Source: an uncultured virus (IMG/VR IMGVR_UViG_3300048799_000004)
Lineage: Duplodnaviria > Heunggongvirae > Uroviricota > Caudoviricetes
Direction: 5' to 3' (one strand)
Virus record (IMG/VR): IMGVR_UViG_3300048799_000004
Length of the DNA: 20,000 nt
Translations under genes and position numbers: made by a program
Shown here: positions 1 through 6,781 of the stretch, piece after piece
Numbering within the stretch: position 1 is the stretch's first letter
Layout: every line of letters begins with the position of its first letter
The notes under the pieces: generated by a model
What the model saw: the letters and a program-made list of their open reading frames with translations, nothing else
What the model was told of the DNA's origin: nothing
Database searches by the model: none

Positions 1-770
1 TCAGCGAGAACATGGCGATCATGGCGAACACGCCGGTACGCGCGTTCTACGATCAGCTCCACACGGCGCACATCGCCATCCACCAGGACTTCATGCAGAA
101 GACGATGCCTGCCTTGGACCCGGCGCTGCAGCAACAGTTCCAGATGATTATGGCGGCGCACGTAGCCGAGCACTTGGCGTTCCAGTACAAGGTAGAGATC
201 GAAAAGACGATGGGTATTCCTCTGCCGCCGTTCGATATGCATGACCCGACAGAGACGAAGGTCTCACCGGACCTGCAGAACATGATCGCGTCCGCCGTAG
301 CTGTGAAGGTCAACGCTGTACCCGCGCCAGCACCTAACCCGGCCGCGCAGCAGCAACAGCAGCAGCAGCCTACCTCGCAGCAACAGGACGCGGCGAAGGC
401 TCAGGCCATCAAGACGCAGACGGATGCGAAGGTGCAGCAGGCGACGAAGGTTTCTCAGGCGGATGAGGCTCGCAAGCAACTCTCGGCAATGGGCGACGCG
501 AAGCGCAAAGACACCGAGACTAAGGCCAAGATACGACGGGAGGATGCGCTCTTGCGCGCGAAGCTCCTGCGAGAAGGTCACATCAGGAACGCCCACGACA
601 TTCAGTTGCCGTCCGACAACATGAAGTTCGATGGCGGTACGCCCAAAGGCGGTCAGCAGCCTCCGCAGTCTCCCCCAGGGCAATCGATGGCACCAACTCC
701 GCAGGGTCCTCCGCCATCCCCAATGGGCGGGTCCGGTCCACCCATCGGCGGTAGCCCGGCTGGTGTATAG
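1..770 (+). CDS. Phage portal protein, C-terminal part (5' end outside window)
   Basis: Frame is open from the window edge. The motif ENMAIMANTPVRAFYDQLHTAHIAIH resembles the EN..L..G.PVKAF..QDH.AHI..H block recalled from portals of this phage group. It ends in a Q/P/G-rich tail and lies upstream of the GroES/scaffold/capsid genes. Confidence 0.75.
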   Translation, partial: SENMAIMANTPVRAFYDQLHTAHIAIHQDFMQKTMPALDPALQQQFQMIMAAHVAEHLAFQYKVEIEKTMGIPLPPFDMHDPTETKVSPDLQNMIASAVAVKVNAVPAPAPNPAAQQQQQQQPTSQQQDAAKAQAIKTQTDAKVQQATKVSQADEARKQLSAMGDAKRKDTETKAKIRREDALLRAKLLREGHIRNAHDIQLPSDNMKFDGGTPKGGQQPPQSPPGQSMAPTPQGPPPSPMGGSGPPIGGSPAGV

Positions 771-1027
771 TGGCAGTACACCCACTACCGCAAGAGGTAC
801 GGGCAGCTCGGTCCTACCTGAGGCAGCGAGGGATTAGGACTGAGGATATCTCGCCGCGCACCTTCGCAGGGGCAGCGAAAGAACAGAGCACTGGATTCAA
901 GGGTGTCATGAAGTTTCTGGGCAATCAGTTGGCAGGTGGGCAGAATCAGGCGGCGGATATTCACTCCGCGATAGCTGATGAGGACCACGACAAGACTGAA
1001 TCGCAGCTACCTACAGGCGGGCCATGA
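770..1027 (+). CDS. Hypothetical phage protein (85 aa)
   Basis: GTG start overlaps the portal stop by 1 nt; its stop overlaps the next ATG (ATGA). Confidence 0.7.
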   Translation: MAVHPLPQEVRAARSYLRQRGIRTEDISPRTFAGAAKEQSTGFKGVMKFLGNQLAGGQNQAADIHSAIADEDHDKTESQLPTGGP

Positions 1028-1284
1028 GCGTAGAGTCACAGTTGGCGGTGTTCATTTCCAAGGAACGTTCACGTATCGTGAACGCTTGGGGAACAGGCGT
1101 CGAGGACTACGGCACATATTTGCAGTGGCTCGGGAAGTGGCGTGAAATCAAGGCCCTAGAAGATCACTTGGCCGAACTCAAGCGCAAGCGCGGAGACAAC
1201 GACGATGAGCCTACTGACGACAGACCTGCTGCCCGAGGACGTAGAGGAATCAGCTCCGACGACATCGCAGCCGACGCATGGTAA
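1024..1284 (+). CDS. Small helical protein preceding GroES
   Basis: ATGA coupling; DYGTYLQWLGKWREIKALEDHL amphipathic helix of the kind recalled from the pre-GroES gene in related phages; overlaps the GroES start. Confidence 0.65.
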   Translation: MSVESQLAVFISKERSRIVNAWGTGVEDYGTYLQWLGKWREIKALEDHLAELKRKRGDNDDEPTDDRPAARGRRGISSDDIAADAW

Positions 1285-1675
1285 CCTCCCGCTCGCCCTA
1301 CGACCTATCAAGTGGTTCGTCCTGGTGCGACCGTATCGCCCGAGAACTAAGATCGGAAGCATCGCCCTTACCGAGAACGACCAGAAAGCTCAGGCTGTAT
1401 TCAATGAGACCGGACAGATACTGGCGCTCGGAGGCTTGGTTGGTAAAGCTGTCACCACGTCGGGCCTTAGGTTTGCCGACGATCCCGATCAGCTGACGGT
1501 AGGCATGTGGGTCGCGTACCCGAAGCACTGCGGCTCAGAGCACTGCACCAACGACGTGATCGTTGACGCAGACGGAGTAGCACAGCTCGACACCCTGAAG
1601 ACCATCAAAGAGACTGACGTCATCGCGCTCGTTCCTGATCCTTCTCGCTTGTGGGTTTGGATAGCTGGAAAATGA
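1205..1675 (+). CDS. groES: GroES/Cpn10-like co-chaperonin
   Basis: LRPIKWFVLVRP...KIGSIAL...TGQILALG...VGMWVAYPKHCG...IKETDVIALV matches the Cpn10 pattern; GGAG upstream. Confidence 0.8.
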   Translation: MSLLTTDLLPEDVEESAPTTSQPTHGNLPLALRPIKWFVLVRPYRPRTKIGSIALTENDQKAQAVFNETGQILALGGLVGKAVTTSGLRFADDPDQLTVGMWVAYPKHCGSEHCTNDVIVDADGVAQLDTLKTIKETDVIALVPDPSRLWVWIAGK

Positions 1676-2073
1676 GGCAAGAGGATCTAGACTTCGTCTG
1701 GCCAATCCACCTACTCACCAACGTGTGGGTTGTCTGTGGTTCGCGCTACTTCAACGGCCGCCAGCGCCTGACGGACGAGCTGGATCGGCTGTCGAACATC
1801 CGCAAGCCACAAGCAATCTACTCGGGCGGATGTCGCGGCCCAGACCGCATGGGCGAGACCTGGGCGGTAGACAACAAGGTCATCGTTGTGAAGGTGCTCG
1901 CGGACTGGTCTAAGTACGGCCCGCGTGCTGGTCCGTACCGCAATGAGCAGATGGCTCTGCGCGCGGAAGGGGGAGCTTGTATTTGTTTCTGGGATGGGAA
2001 GAGCAGGGGGTCGCTGTCGATGATGAACAGAGCAGGCGCGCATGGATTATACCTACATATTGTCCGCGTATGA
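1672..2073 (+). CDS. SLOG superfamily (YspA-like/DUF2493) protein
   Basis: VVCGSRYF, SGGCRGPDRMGETWA, ADWSKYGPRAGPYRNEQM and FWDGKSRGS..M motifs; ATG at 1672 overlaps the GroES stop. Confidence 0.85.
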   Translation: MRQEDLDFVWPIHLLTNVWVVCGSRYFNGRQRLTDELDRLSNIRKPQAIYSGGCRGPDRMGETWAVDNKVIVVKVLADWSKYGPRAGPYRNEQMALRAEGGACICFWDGKSRGSLSMMNRAGAHGLYLHIVRV

Positions 2074-2430
2074 GCGGGAACGCTGCTGCAAAAAAGAAGT
2101 ACCGTGAGTCAGCTCACGGGCGTAAGAAGCAGCTAGAAGGAGTGCTGCGTTGGCAAGCGGCCAACCCCGATAAGGTACTCAAGTCTCATCGTAAAACAAA
2201 CGGCTACCCAGAGCCAACTCGTCCCATGCCGTCCTCTTGCGAGTCATGCGGTCAGATACCAACCGGGCGCAAGAAACGCTTGGATTTAGACCATGACCAC
2301 GATGTTCCGTGGATGGCTCTGCGGTAAGTGCAACAGAGCGTGCGGGATGCTAGGAGATACGCAGGCTGCTGTACTCTTGCTAGTGGCATACCTCGGGCGC
2401 GTGTTAGATCGTACAAAACCTGTGATATGA
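2070..2430 (+). pseudogene. Endonuclease VII-type HNH nuclease, frameshifted at ~2301
   Basis: One frame gives CESCG...LDLDHDH; the +1 frame from 2302 continues MFRGWLCGKCNRACGMLGD to a stop at 2430. The usual xTG linker is missing. Confidence 0.8.
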
Positions 2431-2431
2431 T
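2423..2431 (+). promoter_or_regulatory. Extended -10 element (TGaTATGAT) upstream of the scaffold-capsid operon
   Basis: TGn-TATGAT about 60 nt before the GTG at 2491; near-identical context at 17343-17360. Confidence 0.5.
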
Positions 2432-2490
2432 AGGTACATACCCACTCAGGCTGTAGCCAGAGGCGTAACGAACAAGAATAAGGACTCAAA

Positions 2491-3513
2491 GTGCCCAAGA
2501 CTTACGACCACAGCTTCAACGACCTGCATTCCGAGGACACCGTCGAAGGTGCCCAAGTGGACCTCCAACCGGAGGTACGGCAGGACGCAACCGGCGCAAC
2601 GATCATCAACGAAGCTCCACGCAATCCAAATGCAGGTAAGGCTGACCAGTTCGGCGACATCGACAAACGAGTTGATGCCCCGGAGGAAGTCAACGCTGAT
2701 GAGACCTTCGAAGTCGAAACCACTCGCAAGGATGAAGGTGGCAACGAGGACGAGCAAAAGGACACATTCGAGGAACGCCTCGGACGTGAGCGTCGCATGC
2801 GTGAGGAAGCTGAGGAGCGCAGCCGCCGCCTGGAAGCACAGGTAGGCCAGCTCACCCAGCGAGTTGATGTGGAAGAACAGACCCGCGCTGCGGATCTGGA
2901 AAACACGAAGGATCGCACGAAGCTCGACACTCTCAAGGCAAGGAAGATCAAGGCCAAAGAGGAGGGCGACACGGCTGCTGAGGTTGAAGTTGATGATCAG
3001 ATCACTGATGTCAAGGCCAACATCAAGTCACGCAACGACAAGCTGGAGTCAGCTCGCGCTGCGGCGAAGCAGACCCCGGCGAAGGCGACGGTAGTCAATC
3101 CGAAGGCGCAAGCCTGGATCACGGCGCACCCCGCGTACGGTAACGATCCCTTGTTCAAAGAGGCTGCCTTGGCAGCCGACCAGTTGCTCTACAAAATGGG
3201 GCATAACCAAAACAGCGACGAGTACTACACTCGTCTGACGAAGATCCTCGACGAGCGGTTCCACGACAAGGTGAACCCAGAGTATCTGAAGTCGAAGCGC
3301 GGCGGCAAGTCCGGCGCTGGTGGAGTCGGCAGCAACGGTGTGCGCGGTGGAAGCTCGATGGAGGTACGGAACAGTAACCCTAACAAGGTTACCATCACCA
3401 AAGACGAGATCAAGATGCTCCAGAGCATGGGGCAAGACACCACGGACCCGAGAGTTCTTCGCGAGTTCGCCCGCAATAAGCAGGCTGATGCACGCAAGGA
3501 GAAGCAGTCATGA
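2491..3513 (+). CDS. Putative capsid scaffolding protein
   Basis: Acidic N-terminus, long coiled-coil, PKAQAW...P.YG motif; lies between portal/GroES and capsid; SD AAGGA. Confidence 0.65.
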   Translation: MPKTYDHSFNDLHSEDTVEGAQVDLQPEVRQDATGATIINEAPRNPNAGKADQFGDIDKRVDAPEEVNADETFEVETTRKDEGGNEDEQKDTFEERLGRERRMREEAEERSRRLEAQVGQLTQRVDVEEQTRAADLENTKDRTKLDTLKARKIKAKEEGDTAAEVEVDDQITDVKANIKSRNDKLESARAAAKQTPAKATVVNPKAQAWITAHPAYGNDPLFKEAALAADQLLYKMGHNQNSDEYYTRLTKILDERFHDKVNPEYLKSKRGGKSGAGGVGSNGVRGGSSMEVRNSNPNKVTITKDEIKMLQSMGQDTTDPRVLREFARNKQADARKEKQS

Positions 3514-4136
3514 GTGAGAAAGGATATGTAGAGGTTCCCGAGTTCGTCCCGAACGAAGAGATCGACACGGACGACATCGGTGAGCTGCAGAAGCGCATCA
3601 ATCAGATCAAAGCTGCTGGTGCCGCACAGACAAGTAAACGTGCTCAGACAGTTGAGACTCATGAAGTTGACACTGGTGATGAGCAAGTCCACGGCAACGT
3701 GGACGTGGTCGAGAACGAGCAGGATCAGATGAACTGGAGAGATCCAGGGAACCTTGAGATGCCCGGCCCCCGACCAGGGTTCGTTCAGAGATTGGTTCGG
3801 ACAGCCTCGCGCGGTCAGCAAGACCCGCAGAACTGGTCGCGAGCCATGCGTGAAGGATGGCAGCCTAGGAACATTGATAGTGTTCCGAAGGAAGACTTAC
3901 CGCCCACCGTCGCTTACGCAGGGAACACTGTCATTGGCGTGGAAGGTTTGATCCTGTGCGAGATGCCGGTACGCATCGCACGACAGCGTGCGAAGTTCTA
4001 CCGTCAACAGACGGCCGTGCAAACGGAAGCCATCGAACGGGACATCCACAAAGAAGAACGCCAGGGATACGGTGCCATCGTGGCCGACCGGCGACAGAGA
4101 GTAAAAACGGGGCGGGGGGCAGACTCAGAGGACTAA
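3510..4136 (+). CDS. Conserved hypothetical head-region protein
   Basis: PRPGFVQRLVR...D.QNWSRAMREGWQP...EGLILCEMP...R.KFY motif, recalled upstream of the capsid gene in this phage family; ATGA coupling. Confidence 0.75.
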   Translation: MSEKGYVEVPEFVPNEEIDTDDIGELQKRINQIKAAGAAQTSKRAQTVETHEVDTGDEQVHGNVDVVENEQDQMNWRDPGNLEMPGPRPGFVQRLVRTASRGQQDPQNWSRAMREGWQPRNIDSVPKEDLPPTVAYAGNTVIGVEGLILCEMPVRIARQRAKFYRQQTAVQTEAIERDIHKEERQGYGAIVADRRQRVKTGRGADSED

Positions 4137-4179
4137 CATCTGGGCGTCTCCGTCCTTCAACAAAAAGGATTGAGACATC

Positions 4180-4794
4180 ATGGCAAGCACGCTTCCGAAC
4201 AGCCCCTACGGCTTCAAACCCGTCCGTCACCAGAATGGTGGCGTAATCCGCGCAGCTTCGTACACCATCGCATCGGCCTACGCCTCGAACATTTTCGCTG
4301 GCGACTTGGTCTCGATGGCGTCCGCCGCAGCCCGCAACATCATACTGAACACCACGTCACTTTTCGTGCGCGGCGTGTTCATGGGTTGCGAGTTCGTTGA
4401 CTCGGCCGGTAACACCCGGTTCGAGAAGATGTGGGTTGCCAGCACGGCGATCCTCGCTGGCACAGTCATCACGGCCTACGTGTATGACGACCCGTTGATT
4501 ATCTTCAAAGCGATGGTCTCTGGCGTCAGCGCCACGACGTTCGCCGCGACCGATGTCAATGCGTACTACGCTCCTGCTGGGCAGTCTTCTGGCTCGACCC
4601 TCACTGGCATGTCAGCCGAGTACGCGAACTTCGCGACCTACACGAAGACAGCCAACAAGAACGTCTCGTTGTTCCTGTACAACCTGACGGGCAACCCTGG
4701 CAACGATCCGGTCAACTTCGGTGGATACACTGAGGCTGAGTTCCTGATCGTGCAGTCCGACCTGATCGCGCAGTGGGCGCACACCCTGGTCTAA
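4180..4794 (+). CDS. Putative capsid decoration/cement protein
   Basis: PYGFKPV...IFAGDLV...GVFMGCEF...AYVYDDP.IIFK beta-rich pattern, immediately upstream of the capsid gene. Confidence 0.6.
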   Translation: MASTLPNSPYGFKPVRHQNGGVIRAASYTIASAYASNIFAGDLVSMASAAARNIILNTTSLFVRGVFMGCEFVDSAGNTRFEKMWVASTAILAGTVITAYVYDDPLIIFKAMVSGVSATTFAATDVNAYYAPAGQSSGSTLTGMSAEYANFATYTKTANKNVSLFLYNLTGNPGNDPVNFGGYTEAEFLIVQSDLIAQWAHTLV

Positions 4795-4827
4795 GCAGCA
4801 ACCAACAAAAGAGAGAAGAGAACTACA

Positions 4828-5736
4828 ATGGCAATGAATCGCAGTCTGTTCAAGAAGCAGTTGCAGCTCGGACTGAACACCGTGTTCGGTATGGAGTACA
4901 ACCGCTATCCCGAAGAGTGGCGCGACATATTCGACATCAATACGTCTGTCAAGGCGTATGAGGAAGATGTGTTGATGGCCGGTCTCGGCACCGCCCCGGT
5001 GAAAGCCGAAGGCGCAGGCGTGTCGTTCGACGAAGGCGCAGAGTCCTACGTCGCTCGGTACATCCACAACACGGTTGCGTTGGCGTTTGCCATTACGCAG
5101 GAAGCGGAAGAGGACGGCCTCTACGGTTCAATCGCGGGCAAGTACAGCAAGTCGCTGGCTCGTGGTTTGCAGAACACCAAGGAAGTCTCGGGCGCAAACG
5201 TTCTGAACAACGGGTTCAGCACGTCCTATCCTGGCGGCGACGGTGCTGCACTGTTCTCGCTCAGCCACCCGATCTGGGGCGGCGGCGTGCAGGCGAACAT
5301 GTTCTCGACTCAGCCCGACCTTTGCGAATCAGCCCTTGAAGCGGCCGACATCGCGATTGGCTTGTGGGTTGACGAGCGCGGTATTCGCATCGCTGCGAAG
5401 CCGAAACGGCTGATCGTTCCGAACGGCAACAAGTACGTAGCACAGCGCTTGCTGTTCTCGGACTTCCGTCCGGCGACCGGCGACAACGACATCAATGCTC
5501 TCAAGTCCATCGGGACGTATGCGGGCGGCGTCAGCGTGAATCACTATCTCACGGACCCAATCGGCTGGTACATCAAGACGGACGTTCAAGACGGTCTCAA
5601 GCACTTCGTGCGAAAGAAAGTCGAGCGCGGTCTTGAGGGTGAGTTCGAGACAGGCAACATGAGATATAAAGCACGCGAGCGATACAGCTTCGGCTGGTCG
5701 GACTACAGGGGCTGCTGGGGAAGCGCGGGAACCTAG
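4828..5736 (+). CDS. Major capsid protein (HK97 fold, Mu gpT-like family)
   Basis: GLNTVFGMEY, APVKAEG, ARYIHNTVALAFAIT.EA.ED.LY, ANVLNNGF, GGDGAALFSLSHP, PKRLIVP, VNHYLTDP, FETGNMRYKARERYSFGWSDYRG. Confidence 0.93.
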   Translation: MAMNRSLFKKQLQLGLNTVFGMEYNRYPEEWRDIFDINTSVKAYEEDVLMAGLGTAPVKAEGAGVSFDEGAESYVARYIHNTVALAFAITQEAEEDGLYGSIAGKYSKSLARGLQNTKEVSGANVLNNGFSTSYPGGDGAALFSLSHPIWGGGVQANMFSTQPDLCESALEAADIAIGLWVDERGIRIAAKPKRLIVPNGNKYVAQRLLFSDFRPATGDNDINALKSIGTYAGGVSVNHYLTDPIGWYIKTDVQDGLKHFVRKKVERGLEGEFETGNMRYKARERYSFGWSDYRGCWGSAGT

Positions 5737-5768
5737 AATCTCTTCATAAACAAGAGGCTAGAAAGAAG

Positions 5769-5798
5769 AGGGTCACAGAGATGTGGCCCTTTTCATTT
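5769..5798 (+). terminator. Rho-independent terminator after the capsid gene
   Basis: AGGGTCACA-GAGA-TGTGGCCCT 9-bp stem with GNRA loop, followed by TTTCATTT. Confidence 0.8.
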
Positions 5799-5801
5799 AT
5801 C

Positions 5802-5810
5802 TGCTATAAT
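5802..5810 (+). promoter_or_regulatory. Extended -10 promoter (TGcTATAAT) for the HNH gene
   Basis: Perfect TGnTATAAT directly after the terminator, 10 nt before the GTG. Confidence 0.6.
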
Positions 5811-5820
5811 AACTCCAGCC

Positions 5821-6429
5821 GTGACACATAAAGACCCAGAAGCAGCAAAAGCCTACCAGCGCGAATACGCGCGTAAGAACGCGGCGCGCAAGAAGGCGTA
5901 CCGAGAAGCCCATAAGGACGAGATCAAGGCACGCATGAGCGCCTACGGCAAGGAGAACCGCGCTCGGCGCTACGCCTATCTGAAAGAGTGGCGGGCTAAG
6001 CATCCGGACAAGATGCGCGCTATAGACCGTAGATACCGTAACGCTAACAAGGCTCAGATCAGCGCCAAAAAGAATGCATATGTAGCCATCAAGGTACGGA
6101 CAGACCCGCAGTTCAAACTTCGCCGGTTGCTGCGATGCCGCCTCAACGATGCCCTCAATGGCAATTACAAGACTGGTTCTTCGGTGAAACTGCTTGGTTG
6201 CTCGGTTCCTGCTTTGGTGCTTTGGCTCGAAGCAAAGTTCACACCGGAGATGACCTGGGACAATCATGGCCCAGTGTGGCACATCGACCATAAACGCCCT
6301 CTTGCAGCCTTTGATCTCTCAGATCCTCTCCAGCTGGCAGCAGCTTGCCACTATACGAACCTCCAGCCGATGCTTGCCTTGGATAACCTACAGAAAGGGT
6401 CAGTTATAATAGGGGATGACATTCCTTAA
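5821..6429 (+). CDS. Free-standing HNH (homing-type) endonuclease
   Basis: Basic helical N-terminal repeats, then MTWDNHG.VWHIDHKRP..FDL...CHYTNLQPM...DN..K. Confidence 0.85.
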   Translation: MTHKDPEAAKAYQREYARKNAARKKAYREAHKDEIKARMSAYGKENRARRYAYLKEWRAKHPDKMRAIDRRYRNANKAQISAKKNAYVAIKVRTDPQFKLRRLLRCRLNDALNGNYKTGSSVKLLGCSVPALVLWLEAKFTPEMTWDNHGPVWHIDHKRPLAAFDLSDPLQLAAACHYTNLQPMLALDNLQKGSVIIGDDIP

Positions 6430-6460
6430 ATCCTGGTCAGCAGCCGCATTGCTCGGCCTT

Positions 6461-6487
6461 AAGGCCCCCTCGTGGGGCCTTTTCTTT
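6461..6487 (+). terminator. Rho-independent terminator after the HNH gene
   Basis: AAGGCCCC-CTCGT-GGGGCCTT stem-loop followed by TTCTTT. Confidence 0.75.
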
Positions 6488-6488
6488 A

Positions 6489-6497
6489 TGGTAGAAT
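6489..6497 (+). promoter_or_regulatory. Extended -10 promoter (TGgTAGAAT) for the tRNA cluster
   Basis: TGnTAGAAT just after the terminator and 9 nt before the first tRNA-like element. Confidence 0.55.
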
Positions 6498-6506
6498 GAT
6501 CGCATT

Positions 6507-6582
6507 GGGCTGTGGGCAGGGCACCCAGGATTCCCTGTGCACGGAGTCAGCTCGCTCGGTTCGAGTCCTTGCCGTCTCGCCA
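6507..6582 (+). pseudogene. Degenerate tRNA-like element
   Basis: 76 nt ending GCCA; GGTTCGAGTCC T-loop at the canonical position; anticodon-like hairpin GATTCC/GGAGTC with an 8-nt loop; acceptor and T stems pair poorly. Confidence 0.5.
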
Positions 6583-6589
6583 TGTTTGT

Positions 6590-6664
6590 TCCGGGATAAC
6601 TCAGTGGTAGAGTGACGCCCTGTTAAGGCGGATGTCGGTGGTTCGAATCCATCTCTCGGAGCCA
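6590..6664 (+). tRNA. tRNA-Asn(GTT)
   Basis: Cloverleaf TCCGGGA/TCTCGGA, D arm ACTC/GAGT, loop CT-GTT-AA, GGTGG-TTCGAAT-CCATC, G73, encoded CCA. Confidence 0.93.
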
Positions 6665-6668
6665 TTGC

Positions 6669-6746
6669 CGCGCGGTAGCTTAGTCCGGCTTAAAGCGTTG
6701 CCCTCATAAGGCAAACATCGCTGGTTCAAATCCAGCCCGCGCAACC
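6669..6746 (+). tRNA. tRNA with CAT anticodon (fMet-like acceptor stem)
   Basis: CGCGCGG/CCGCGCA acceptor with C1xA72, GCTT/AAGC D stem, TTGCC-CTCATAA-GGCAA, GCTGG-TTCAAAT-CCAGC, A73; ends CC(T). Confidence 0.9.
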
Positions 6747-6781
6747 TTCCCAAGATCTCCGGTTCGTGTATACTCCCTGAC

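Noticed and set aside
337..384. CAG-rich tract as a regulatory or phase-variable repeat
   Set aside because: In-frame poly-Gln low-complexity segment of the portal tail, interrupted by CAA; nothing suggests a switch.
2502..3821. Long antisense ORFs here (and at 264-785, 10981-11562, 13150-13635, 13663-14142, 14406-14898)
   Set aside because: Shadow frames of well-supported genes in GC-rich DNA; no SD, motifs or coupling.
6590..6746. tRNA genes as a prophage att boundary
   Set aside because: Phage genes continue on both sides; no integrase or duplicated tRNA 3' end was seen in the window.
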